Positions 10,190 to 18,763 are shown, numbered from the stretch's first letter. The stretch is DNA of 64,000 nt from Bacilli bacterium (GCA_900767825.1 CAAGAN010000028.1:619-64618); one strand, 5' to 3'. Notes: generated by a model not told the origin, from the sequence alone. Made by a program: numbers and translations.

Positions 10190-10660
10190 TTATCTATTCA
10201 ATATGCTTAGGGCAAAAGTTGCCATAGCTTCAACTGTATTTTCCCTGATGAAATTTCTATCTCCATCAAAATGGAGCGGGATTGTCCAAACAAAGTTTTG
10301 ATAACATAACCCTAAATAAACATCTCCAACAGCCTTGCCTCCTGTTTCAACAGTCGGGCCAGCATTACCTGTACAAGAAAGACAAATGTCAACTCCAAGA
10401 GTTTTCTTTCCCCCAATTGCCATTTCAGAAGCAACTTGAGCCGAAACTACTCCATATTTATCTATAGTTTCTTTCTTTACATTACATAAAGAAATCTTTT
10501 CACTGGCCCAGTAAGTGACTAATGCCCCTTTAAAAGAAGCGCTCGCACCAGGAATGGAACATATCGAAGAAGAAAATAACCCTCCGGTAAGAGATTCAAC
10601 ACTTCCCAAAGTAAGTTTTTGTTCCTTTAATTTATTTAAAAGAGTTTCAAGATTACTCAT
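10190..10660 (-). CDS. pncC: CinA C-terminal domain protein / nicotinamide-nucleotide amidohydrolase PncC
   Basis: 156 aa. CinA-C pattern (ESLTGGL...SASF.G..VTY). Conserved pgsA-cinA-recA gene order. Confidence 0.8.
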   Translation of the reverse strand: MSNLETLLNKLKEQKLTLGSVESLTGGLFSSSICSIPGASASFKGALVTYWASEKISLCNVKKETIDKYGVVSAQVASEMAIGGKKTLGVDICLSCTGNAGPTVETGGKAVGDVYLGLCYQNFVWTIPLHFDGDRNFIRENTVEAMATFALSILNR

Positions 10661-11288
10661 GCTTCCCCTCCTTCAATACTTTTCTATTTTGTATAACATA
10701 AATTATACCCGAAAGTACCGAGAAGAATGTAGCTATATAAATAAGGATAGAGGAAATGTTAATAGCAACCGGCCAAGAAGAATCAAAATAAGAGAATGGC
10801 CAGCCGTTTAATAAAACTACAGGAATAGCAACCATTTGGGAAACTGTTTTAAGTTTTCCAAATATATTAGCAGCAATAACTTCGTTTTTCTTCGCAGCTA
10901 TAAACCTAAGCCCATCTACAACTAAATCCCTAATTACCATTAAGATAACGCAAAATACAGGAATGAAGCATCTTTGGTTAGGAGCAAATGACCAAGGGAA
11001 TACTAGAAAGATAAGAAGGCCATTAACAAGCATCTTGTCCGCGATTGGATCAAGGAATTTCCCTAAATCAGTTACTTGGTTCCATTTCCTTGCTAGATAT
11101 CCATCAAGGAAATCAGTCAAGGATGCAACGATAAATAGGATACATGCTATTAGATATACTAGATTGATTCCAGAATTCCCAAGAAGCGGAGATTCAAATG
11201 AAGGAATAACAGAGCAAGTAAACAAGAAGACAAGTAAGACGGCGACTAGAACGATTCTAACAGTTGTAATTTTTGTAGGTATATTCAT
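10653..11288 (-). CDS. pgsA: CDP-diacylglycerol--glycerol-3-phosphate 3-phosphatidyltransferase
   Basis: 211 aa polytopic protein. CDP-alcohol phosphatidyltransferase motif DGYLARKWNQVTDLGKFLDPIADK. Confidence 0.9.
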   Translation of the reverse strand: MNIPTKITTVRIVLVAVLLVFLFTCSVIPSFESPLLGNSGINLVYLIACILFIVASLTDFLDGYLARKWNQVTDLGKFLDPIADKMLVNGLLIFLVFPWSFAPNQRCFIPVFCVILMVIRDLVVDGLRFIAAKKNEVIAANIFGKLKTVSQMVAIPVVLLNGWPFSYFDSSWPVAINISSILIYIATFFSVLSGIIYVIQNRKVLKEGKHE

Positions 11289-11311
11289 CTTTTTTCCTTC
11301 TTTCTTTTAAA

Positions 11312-11645
11312 AAGTATCCGACCCTGTAAGCCATGTTTTGTCGAGAGCGACAATTTATCTCGGCATATGCCGGTCCCTTTGATTTCATTTCATCTCTAGG
11401 ACTTCCCCTACCAAATTTGGGTTTCTCGCTTGTGGGGTTTACCGCGTTTCATCTTAACGTCGCCGTTAAGCTCGTCTCTGTGGCACCTTAGGAAGATAAT
11501 TCTACTGGAGACTTCTCTTCGCCGTTATGCACTTCTGCATACCTGAGGTTATTTATTTCCTCAGCGCAAACACTACCATCATCGCAGATGGTGCGAGCAT
11601 GGACTTTCCTCTACTATTTCTAGCAGCAGTCGCTCGGGCCGGATT
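11312..11645 (-). ncRNA. rnpB: RNase P RNA, bacterial type B (compact, about 334 nt)
   Basis: The reverse strand contains the universal GAGGAAAGUCCAUGCUCGCAC block, plus CGCGGUAAACCCCA...GCGAGAAACCCAAAUUUGGUAGGGGA and the 3' ACAAAACAUGGCUUACAGGGUCGGAU. The P1 helix is AUCCGGCCC / GGGUCGGAU. The gene is adjacent to gpsB, as in B. subtilis. End coordinates are approximate (+/-5 nt). Confidence 0.9.
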
Positions 11646-12006
11646 AGATGTTATTTGGATTGACGCCCCTTTTATATAATTCATTCTCTAGCTTAGTAAT
11701 CCTATTTAACAAATCGATGTTAGTAGAATTGACTGCCGAGGAATCCTTAATTCCAGAAAGGCGTTCCTTCATTCTGGCATTTTCAACTTCCAAAGTGGAA
11801 ATCTTTTCTTTTTCCTTACGCCAATTAGTCTCTAGCTCGACTATATATTTCTTACTTTCGAGATAATATTTTTCGAAAGCCCTATAGTCCATAATGATTT
11901 TGTCTAAAAATTCATCTACTTCATCTGGATCATATCCATTTCCATTAGGTTTGAATGTCTTGTTCAAAATCTTTGTAGCGTTAAGACTTATGCTGTTATC
12001 TTCCAT
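11644..12006 (-). CDS. gpsB: DivIVA-domain cell-cycle protein GpsB
   Basis: 120 aa. N-terminal F..NGNGYDPDEVDEFLDKII.DY DivIVA motif and C-terminal TNIDLLNRITKLENELY, resembling the GpsB NYDILKRLSNLEK tail. Confidence 0.75.
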   Translation of the reverse strand: MEDNSISLNATKILNKTFKPNGNGYDPDEVDEFLDKIIMDYRAFEKYYLESKKYIVELETNWRKEKEKISTLEVENARMKERLSGIKDSSAVNSTNIDLLNRITKLENELYKRGVNPNNI

Positions 12007-12018
12007 TGAAAACTCCCT

Positions 12019-12035
12019 TTTCGATTATATCGAAA
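12019..12035. promoter_or_regulatory. Perfect 17-bp palindrome TTTCGAT-tat-ATCGAAA overlapping a minus-strand TATAAT (12024..12029) upstream of gpsB
   Basis: Read directly from the sequence. 7-bp arms with a 3-bp centre, in the gpsB / exonuclease divergent intergenic region. Confidence 0.35.
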
Positions 12036-12081
12036 GATAGTTCATCTATCAATATAAACCAAGATTTTATATAATGATTCG

Positions 12082-12807
12082 GTGAAAAAATTAGACACTT
12101 TATTAAAGAAAAGAAAAACTATTGCCTTCTTAGATTTAGAAGGAACCCAACTAACTCACGAAATAATTGAGGTTGGTTTAGTCAAGGTAACATTGAACCC
12201 TGATAACTCAATAAAGAAGGAATACAAGGGTTTAAAGCTATATGTCCTGCCTAAAAGCCATGTTGGAAGTGTTGTTACTCATTTAACTGGCATAACTGAT
12301 TCTTTGGTAAAAAAAGAAGGAATTCATTATTCGGAAGCCATATCCAAAATAAAGGGATACATGGGTGAAGATTATGAAAAATGCATCTTCATGGTATATG
12401 GGAATCAAGATGCTGCAATGTTTATAAATACTTACAAGAAAAACACGGAAACTAATTTTGAGGATTCTAGGTTTTTAGCAAGCAGATGTATCGACATGTC
12501 TAAATTCTTCCAAAACTATTTCTCAGGAAAAAACGGCAATCCTATCTCACTAGAAAAGTTATGTGAAAACCTTGAAGTCAAATATAGAGGTAAAGCACAC
12601 GATGCTTTAACCGATGCGTTTGCTTTACTTGATTGCTATAAAGCATTTTTAAGTAAACCTGATTTAGTCAAGAAAAACTATAAGCTTTCCCTATCAGAAA
12701 AAACTAACTACCCCTATTCAATTAGACGAGTTATCAACGAATTAAATAATGGGAACATAGTTACTCCTGAGCAATTTGAAGAGTTCATTTCGGGGGATTT
12801 AAAATGA
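12082..12807 (+). CDS. DEDDh-type 3'-5' exonuclease (DnaQ/KapD-like)
   Basis: 241 aa. Exo I motif AFLDLEGT and Exo III motif HDALTDAFAL. GTG start with no SD. ATGA overlap with recU. Confidence 0.65.
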   Translation: MKKLDTLLKKRKTIAFLDLEGTQLTHEIIEVGLVKVTLNPDNSIKKEYKGLKLYVLPKSHVGSVVTHLTGITDSLVKKEGIHYSEAISKIKGYMGEDYEKCIFMVYGNQDAAMFINTYKKNTETNFEDSRFLASRCIDMSKFFQNYFSGKNGNPISLEKLCENLEVKYRGKAHDALTDAFALLDCYKAFLSKPDLVKKNYKLSLSEKTNYPYSIRRVINELNNGNIVTPEQFEEFISGDLK

Positions 12808-13400
12808 GCGAGATCAATTATCCAAAAGGAACAAGTCACCCTGCAGCCATAATAAAAAAGAAAGAAAAGACAAAAAGGAATCTAAAAGTCCAAGCCGGCA
12901 ATAGAGGGCTTGATTTCGAAGATGCCATAAACCAGACAAATGAATACTATAAAGAAAAAGGTCTTTGCCTAGTTACCAAAAGACCTACGCCGATAAAAAT
13001 AGTAAAGGTAGATTATTCAAAAGGAGCAAAAATCACTGAAGCTTTTTTTGAGACTCAATCCACCACCGACTATAATGGAGTATACAAAGGAAAATATCTA
13101 GATTTTGAAGCAAAGAGCACTAGAAGCAAAACTTCTTTTCCTCTTGCAAACATCCCTCCACAGCAAATAGAACACCTTAAAAACGTAATATTTCATAAAG
13201 GAATTGCGTTCTTTCTTATCAATTTGCATTGTTTTAACAAAACATACTTAATAGATGCAACTATAGTAATCGACTATTATGAAAATAGACAAAGAGCATC
13301 AATTCCTTTTAAGGATTTAGAAGAAAAAGGGTATCTAGTAAAGGAAAGCTATAGGCCTAGATTAGATTACCTTAGCATCCTTGATGAGCATTTTCTTTAG
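12804..13400 (+). CDS. recU: Holliday junction resolvase RecU
   Basis: 198 aa. RecU pattern GLDFE..IN.TN.YY...G.....KRPTPI.IV.V and DYNGVYKGKYLDFEAKST. Confidence 0.9.
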   Translation: MSEINYPKGTSHPAAIIKKKEKTKRNLKVQAGNRGLDFEDAINQTNEYYKEKGLCLVTKRPTPIKIVKVDYSKGAKITEAFFETQSTTDYNGVYKGKYLDFEAKSTRSKTSFPLANIPPQQIEHLKNVIFHKGIAFFLINLHCFNKTYLIDATIVIDYYENRQRASIPFKDLEEKGYLVKESYRPRLDYLSILDEHFL

Positions 13401-14013
13401 ACTTACAAATATTTGAAAAAGGACATGTCTTACATAAAGGCTTTCTTGCATGGCAAATAGTTCTGCCGTGTTCAATTATTTGGTGATGCAAATTGATCCA
13501 GCTCTCTTTTGGAAATGCCTTTTTCGCCTTTTCCATAACTTCGATTGGAGTGTCTTTCTCTTTAGCAATGCCTAAGCGAGTCAATACTCTTTTGCAATGT
13601 GTATCAACTGGAAAAGAAGGAACTTTAAAGCATTCTGCTAAAACTACTGAAGCAGTCTTTATCCCTACTCCCGGAAGAGAAACTAAATCAGATAAATTAG
13701 AAGGAACTTGCCCATCATATTTATTAACGAGCACCTTGCTCATTTCTAGTAAATTCTTAGCCTTGTTTTTATATAATCCAATAGATCTGATAATCAATTC
13801 AATTTCTTTTATATCTGCTTTAGAAAAAGCATATGGATCAGGAAAAAGAGAAAATAGTTTTGGGGTAACTAGATTAACTGCTTTATCTGTAGTTTGGGCA
13901 GATAAAGATACTGCAACAATACATTGAAACGGAGAAGAAAAAACTAGGCTACATTTAGCATTTGGGTAGCTAGAAGAGAATATATCTAATATCAGTTTAT
14001 TTCTAATCGTCAT
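13372..14013 (-). CDS. nth: endonuclease III
   Basis: 213 aa. HhH motif LPGVGIKTASVVL, catalytic region VDTH, and C-terminal 4Fe-4S motif C-X6-C-X2-C-X5-C (CHARKPLCKTCPFSNIC). Confidence 0.9.
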   Translation of the reverse strand: MTIRNKLILDIFSSSYPNAKCSLVFSSPFQCIVAVSLSAQTTDKAVNLVTPKLFSLFPDPYAFSKADIKEIELIIRSIGLYKNKAKNLLEMSKVLVNKYDGQVPSNLSDLVSLPGVGIKTASVVLAECFKVPSFPVDTHCKRVLTRLGIAKEKDTPIEVMEKAKKAFPKESWINLHHQIIEHGRTICHARKPLCKTCPFSNICKSKENAHQGC

Positions 14014-14665
14014 CTTTAACCCATTTGGTCTTAGCTATTTCAAAAGTCTTCTCAATATCTTTGTCCCAATTCGAATTAACCGAGGAGACGCCTTCTTTTT
14101 CAATATCTTCGCTACGACGATAAGTTCTTAATTCTCTATCAATGGACTTAAAAGTCTTCTTTCCAGCCGCTAGACTAGCTTCTAATGCACCTTTTATATC
14201 TTCTTTTGAATAAGAAGAATCAAGCCAAGAAGATAAAGTTGAAGATTCTAGTGGAGATAAAGTCCTGTTAAGTCTAGATTCAAAAAAAGAAGATAGCTCC
14301 GAAAGATCGTTAGCCCTAGAAGCAGAATATAAAGCAGATCTTTCCTTGGCTACATCTAGTTCAAACAATTTATAAAGTTTCTTCTTTAATGGTTCTAAAG
14401 AAGTTCTAATCTTTCCGCCGCTTTCATCATAAGAAATAAAATCTCTAGATAACAAAGAAGCAAGGGCGTTATCTATATCTTTTGTTTTATAATTCATCTT
14501 CAAGGAAAGCAAATCGGCAGTGACTAAATCATTACCTTGTAAAATAAGATGATCGACCATTAATAAAACAATTAAATCAGATTCGCTTATTCCTAATTTC
14601 TTATATTGCTCAAGTAACAAATAACGGAAGTCAACGGCAACCATAGAAGAATTGATATAGCCCAT
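14003..14665 (-). CDS. dnaD: DnaD-domain replication initiation/membrane attachment protein
   Basis: 220 aa. Winged-helix-like N-terminus and a DnaD-like C-terminal region. The conserved dnaD-nth adjacency seen in Bacilli supports the call. Confidence 0.65.
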   Translation of the reverse strand: MGYINSSMVAVDFRYLLLEQYKKLGISESDLIVLLMVDHLILQGNDLVTADLLSLKMNYKTKDIDNALASLLSRDFISYDESGGKIRTSLEPLKKKLYKLFELDVAKERSALYSASRANDLSELSSFFESRLNRTLSPLESSTLSSWLDSSYSKEDIKGALEASLAAGKKTFKSIDRELRTYRRSEDIEKEGVSSVNSNWDKDIEKTFEIAKTKWVKDDD

Positions 14666-14666
14666 A

Positions 14667-15275
14667 TTATTTCTTTTTCCTTTCCATCGCGATTTTATCG
14701 GAGTTTAAATTATCAAGCAAATTGGACAAAGTTGAAATAGCGACTTTTGTTTTTTCTTCAAGTTCAAACCCTAGTCTATTAGCAAACCTATTAGCCCTAA
14801 GAATTCTAAGTGGATCCTCTTTGATTCTAATATAAGGGTTGCCGATAAATTTAATTAAAGAAGTCCGCAAATCTTTAATACCTTGATGAAAATCATATAC
14901 ATTGTTATCTATGTCGATATAGATGGCATTTATAGTAAAATCCCTGCGGAAAGAGTCTAAAAAAATTGATTTTGTAAAACTTATTTTTGAAGGGTGGCGG
15001 TAATCTAAATATTGTGACTCAACTCTCAAGGTAGTTATGTCAATATGAGTATCATTAACCTTAATCTTTACGCATCCAAACTTAGAAAAAGTATAGTCGC
15101 CATCAGGATAAATATCCTTGATCTCATTTGGATTAGCATCAGTTACAAAATCATAATCTGATATTTCTAAACCTAATAAAAAGTCACGGCTAGTTCCTCC
15201 TATCATATACAAAGAGTAGCCATGTTCTTTAAATTTGTTTGCGACAGCAATAAATACTTCTGGAAGCATGATCAT
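14667..15275 (-). CDS. class II nucleotidyltransferase, CCA-adding/poly(A) polymerase head domain only (202 aa)
   Basis: Motif A is GGTSRD...DYDF, motif B is RRDFTINA, motif D is KEDPLRILRANRF. The ORF ends shortly after the neck region, so no body or tail domain is encoded. Confidence 0.7.
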   Translation of the reverse strand: MIMLPEVFIAVANKFKEHGYSLYMIGGTSRDFLLGLEISDYDFVTDANPNEIKDIYPDGDYTFSKFGCVKIKVNDTHIDITTLRVESQYLDYRHPSKISFTKSIFLDSFRRDFTINAIYIDIDNNVYDFHQGIKDLRTSLIKFIGNPYIRIKEDPLRILRANRFANRLGFELEEKTKVAISTLSNLLDNLNSDKIAMERKKK

Positions 15276-15340
15276 ATTTTACCATTATAAAGGTAAGAAA
15301 AAAGCCCCGGCAGTACCGAGGCTAAACCATCTTAGATAAC

Positions 15341-15613
15341 TTAGTTAAGCTTTTCTTTTAAGGTTTTGGAAGGCTTGAAAGCGACGGTATTAGAAGCAGC
15401 GATTTCAATCTTTTCCTTGGTGGAAGGATTGGTTCCGACACGGGCAGCTCTTTCCTTCTTTTCGAAGATACCAAAGCCAGAGAGTTTGACGGCTTCACCC
15501 TTTACAAGGGCTTCTTCAATGGTGGCTAAGGCTTTTTCGACAACAGCTTCGGCATCACGATGTGAGACTTCAGCTTTTCCGGCGACAATGGTGATTAATT
15601 CAGCTTTGTTCAT
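15341..15613 (-). CDS. hup: DNA-binding protein HU
   Basis: 90 aa. MNKAELI... GFGIFEKKERAARVGTNPSTKEKIEIAASNTVAFKPSKTLK. Confidence 0.95.
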   Translation of the reverse strand: MNKAELITIVAGKAEVSHRDAEAVVEKALATIEEALVKGEAVKLSGFGIFEKKERAARVGTNPSTKEKIEIAASNTVAFKPSKTLKEKLN

Positions 15614-15787
15614 GGATATTTTATCCTCCTTATGCTGTTTGGTAAAAAAAAATTAACATCTAGGCACGTGTTTTGCAAGTTATTTTTTAAAAATTACCTA
15701 AAAAAGATACTATTTTTAGGAAGGTTGCACAAAAATTCGATGCTATCGACACTTTTTGAAGTTAAAAATTCAAAATGTCTTTAAAAC

Positions 15788-17092
15788 CTATTTTCTTTCT
15801 CGATAAATTATATTTATTGGAGTACCTGTAAAATCAAAAGATTCACGAAGCCTATTCTCCAAGTATCTGGTGTATGAGAAATGCGCGAATTTTGGATTGT
15901 TGCAGAACATAACAAAAGTTGGAGGGTTAACTGAAACCTGAGAAGCGAATTTTATATTTAGTCTTCCATGATTAAAATCAGGGGTTGGGTTTAAGGCTTG
16001 AGCGTCAGAAATTATTTCATTCAAAATTGATGTCGGTACACGACGACAGCAAGAAGTATATGCCTCGTCTATTGAAGGCAAAATATTATTAACACCTTTT
16101 AGAGTTTTAGCGGAAGTGAAAATAATTTTTGCAAAATCCAAGAACTTGAATCTACTTCTAATTTCTTTTTCGAACTCAGTTTGCATTAGTCCTTTAGGGG
16201 CTTCGTCCCATTTATTGACCACTATCACTATTCCTTTATGGGCCTCGAATGCATAACCGGCAACATGTCTATCTTGGTCAAGGATACCAACGGAGGCATC
16301 AATGACTAAAATAGCGACATTGCTTCTGTCAATGGCACGTAGGGCTCTAATTGAAGCAAATTTGTCAACCGATTCATAAATTCTGCCCTTCTTAACTAAT
16401 CCTGCGGTATCAATCGCAACATAGTGTTTATCATTAACAGTAAATGGAGTATCAATAGAATCTCTAGTTGTTCCAGCCAAAGAATTTACGATAACTCTAT
16501 TCTCACCAAGAATTGCATTTGTAAGAGAGGACTTGCCAACGTTAGGTCTGCCAATGAAGCAAAAAGAAATCGCATCTTTATCTTCTTCCTCTTTTTCTTC
16601 AGGAAGCAATTTGATTATCTTATCAAGCAAGTCACCAATACCAATACCGTGACTAGAAGAAATACAAATAGGATCTCCTAAGCCAAGCGAATAGAATTCG
16701 GCAGCGTTACCAATCGATTCTACATTATCAATTTTATTTACAGCTAAAATAACAGGCTTGTTAGCCTTGTAAAGCATTTTGGCTACAGCCCTATCATCGC
16801 CAGACAATCCTTTTTTTCCATCGACAACAAAAACAATAACGTCTGCCTCATCGATAGCAATTTGAACTTGGGCCCTTATTTCTTCTTGGAATGGAGCATT
16901 TTTAATTTCGACTCCGCCAGTATCAACAACCGAGAATTTCTTTGTAAGCCATTCTCCCGTTCCATATATCCTATCCCTAGTAATACCAGGAGTATCTTCT
17001 ACAATGGAAAGTCTAGTGCCAACCAATCTATTAAATATTGTAGATTTTCCCACGTTTGGGGAACCAACTAATGCAACTAATCCTAATGACAT
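15788..17092 (-). CDS. der: ribosome-biogenesis GTPase Der (EngA)
   Basis: 434 aa. Two tandem GTPase domains (GSPNVGKST and GRPNVGKSS; two NKxD motifs) plus a KH-like C-terminus. Confidence 0.95.
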   Translation of the reverse strand: MSLGLVALVGSPNVGKSTIFNRLVGTRLSIVEDTPGITRDRIYGTGEWLTKKFSVVDTGGVEIKNAPFQEEIRAQVQIAIDEADVIVFVVDGKKGLSGDDRAVAKMLYKANKPVILAVNKIDNVESIGNAAEFYSLGLGDPICISSSHGIGIGDLLDKIIKLLPEEKEEEDKDAISFCFIGRPNVGKSSLTNAILGENRVIVNSLAGTTRDSIDTPFTVNDKHYVAIDTAGLVKKGRIYESVDKFASIRALRAIDRSNVAILVIDASVGILDQDRHVAGYAFEAHKGIVIVVNKWDEAPKGLMQTEFEKEIRSRFKFLDFAKIIFTSAKTLKGVNNILPSIDEAYTSCCRRVPTSILNEIISDAQALNPTPDFNHGRLNIKFASQVSVNPPTFVMFCNNPKFAHFSYTRYLENRLRESFDFTGTPINIIYRERK

Positions 17093-17766
17093 TTTTCACT
17101 GACTCCTGTTTTGTCTTCAACAATCTTTAAAATAGTATCGACAACTTGTTCAATATTTAGGTGGGAAGTGTCTAAAACAATTGCATCTTCAGCTTCTCTT
17201 AATGGGGCAAAATCCCTGTGGGAATCAATATAATCTCTTTTCTTAACATCATTAACGACATCTTCATAACTGGTGGGAATGCCTTTTTCGACATTTTCAT
17301 CATATCTACGTTTTGCCCTAGTTTCTACTGACGCTATTTGGTAAATTTTTACATCAGCATTTGGAAGGACGTAAGTACCAATATCCCTACCATCCATTAC
17401 CACCGATTTTGACTCAGCCATTTTCCTTTGCATTTCAACTAAAGCAAGTCTTATGTCTTTATAAGAAGCAATATAGGAAACGTTAGAAGAAACTAATGGT
17501 TCTCTTATAGGACCAGTTACATCCTCACCATTACAAATAACTTTTCCATTTTCAAGCAAGTCAATCTTTACATCTTTTATGATTGAACAAGACTTTTGTT
17601 CATTTTTTGGATCTAGATTTGCCTTTATTACAGCATGAGTAAAAGCGCGATACATAGCTCCTGTATCAATATAGGTAAAGCCTAGTTTTTTGGCTACGAT
17701 TTTAGCAACGGTGCTCTTACCAGCCGCAGCAGGTCCATCAATAGCAATAGAAATTGTCTTGCTCAT
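17083..17766 (-). CDS. cmk: cytidylate kinase
   Basis: IAIDGPAAAGKSTVAK P-loop. I place the start at ATG 17766 (MSKTISIAIDG). The longer ORF-track start overlaps the upstream gene. Confidence 0.9.
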   Translation of the reverse strand: MSKTISIAIDGPAAAGKSTVAKIVAKKLGFTYIDTGAMYRAFTHAVIKANLDPKNEQKSCSIIKDVKIDLLENGKVICNGEDVTGPIREPLVSSNVSYIASYKDIRLALVEMQRKMAESKSVVMDGRDIGTYVLPNADVKIYQIASVETRAKRRYDENVEKGIPTSYEDVVNDVKKRDYIDSHRDFAPLREAEDAIVLDTSHLNIEQVVDTILKIVEDKTGVSEKCH

Positions 17767-17768
17767 GT

Positions 17769-18071
17769 TTACTCCCTTACAAAAAATACATACATTAGAA
17801 TAAGTCCTATAACAGCCAAAACTGCTACAAGAATCTTTAGCCATAGAAGCGATCTTCTTCTTTTTAAATAAGCTAAATATGGTGCTTTTATTTTTTCGTT
17901 ATCTTCATCAACGTAAATTTTGGCGTTATTAGGACTAATGCCACCATCATTTGGAATTTCCTCATTAGCCTCGCCATCACCTAAAAAAGATCCATTAGGA
18001 GCAAAACAAGAAGCAGGCATCCTGCTAATTTCTTGTCTATATTTCGCATAACGTTCAATTCTAGTTTCCAT
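17769..18071 (-). CDS. hypothetical protein with C-terminal transmembrane anchor
   Basis: 100 aa. Acidic N-terminal part, a basic stretch KRRRS, then a hydrophobic helix. No family recognised. Confidence 0.45.
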   Translation of the reverse strand: METRIERYAKYRQEISRMPASCFAPNGSFLGDGEANEEIPNDGGISPNNAKIYVDEDNEKIKAPYLAYLKRRRSLLWLKILVAVLAVIGLILMYVFFVRE

Positions 18072-18118
18072 ACCCCTATATTTTAGGCTTTTTTATTATC
18101 AATAATAAAGAGTCTAGG

Positions 18119-18156
18119 CAAAATAAAAGCAAAGATGAGCAATTCACCTTTGCTTT
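18119..18156 (-). terminator. Rho-independent terminator after the 75-aa membrane protein gene
   Basis: Stem AGCAAAG / CUUUGCU with a 13-nt loop. It is flanked by A-run and T-run, so it is potentially bidirectional. On the minus strand it is followed by UUUUAUUUU. Confidence 0.55.
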
Positions 18157-18168
18157 TTTGGTCTTAAA

Positions 18169-18396
18169 TTAGTTAGAAGCACCAATTAAATGCTTAAATA
18201 ATAAGCACCAAATAACGTCAAGCCATCCAAAGACAACGCCAACAAAAGTAACTAGCAAGGCTAAAATTAATCTAATTGGTGTTTTTCTTTCAAGGAACGC
18301 AGTCCAACGAACTACAATTTCAGTAATCCAGTTAACAAAAGGGATTAAAAGAAGTAAGACTTGGACTAGACGTGATTGACTATTAAACCATCTCAT
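18169..18396 (-). CDS. small hypothetical membrane protein (two predicted TM helices)
   Basis: 75 aa. Two hydrophobic segments. GGAGGA SD upstream. Confidence 0.5.
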   Translation of the reverse strand: MRWFNSQSRLVQVLLLLIPFVNWITEIVVRWTAFLERKTPIRLILALLVTFVGVVFGWLDVIWCLLFKHLIGASN

Positions 18397-18510
18397 TTTT
18401 TGTTTTCCTCCGTGTTTAATATACTACACAGAGAGTAAATATGAATAAAAAATATTTCAAATATGTGTAAACACATAAATGCATCTTAACCTTTTATTAA
18501 TTTATAAATA

Positions 18511-18539
18511 TTGAACAAAAGCAATTCTCTTCTTATAAT
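18511..18539 (+). promoter_or_regulatory. sigma-70-type promoter of the ferredoxin gene
   Basis: TTGAAC (18511..18516), a 17-nt spacer, then TATAAT (18534..18539). A GGAGGA SD and ATG 18565 follow. Confidence 0.6.
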
Positions 18540-18564
18540 AGCCCTATCCATTGGAGGAAATGAA

Positions 18565-18747
18565 ATGGCCAAAAAATTAAAAGTCGATGACGATATGTGC
18601 ATCGGTTGCGGACTCTGTGTTGGAAGCCACCCAACCGTCTTCGAATTCAATGATGATGGAAAAGCCACTGTCGTTGCTGAAGCTGATGATGCCGAAGCCG
18701 AAGATGCAATCGCCAATTGCCCAGTCCAAGCAATCAGCGAAGACTAA
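18565..18747 (+). CDS. small single-cluster ferredoxin
   Basis: 60 aa from ATG 18565 (MAKKLKVDDDMCIGCGLC...CP). C-x2-C-x2-C ... CP cluster motif and an acidic C-terminus. The ORF-track TTG start at 18511 is the -35 hexamer. Confidence 0.85.
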   Translation: MAKKLKVDDDMCIGCGLCVGSHPTVFEFNDDGKATVVAEADDAEAEDAIANCPVQAISED

Positions 18748-18763
18748 TTATTAATAAAGTTAG

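Noticed and set aside
13372-13400. A 29-nt convergent overlap of the recU and nth 3' ends, and an 11-nt phoR/ATPase overlap at 59968..59978.
   Set aside because: Convergent 3' overlaps are common in compact genomes. There is nothing further, such as a structure or a conserved motif, to suggest antisense regulation.
15665-15670. CACGTG cores at 15665..15670 and 37920..37925, considered as possible parS sites.
   Set aside because: The flanks do not match TGTTNCACGTGAAACA. In both cases the arms have the wrong sequence or orientation.
18072-18095. TAAAAT-N8-ATG upstream of the 100-aa gene (start 18071), considered as a further leaderless candidate.
   Set aside because: An AGGGG immediately precedes the ATG, the spacing of 8 nt is at the limit, and no -35 is present. 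It is too ambiguous to list as a finding and is only mentioned under the pattern.
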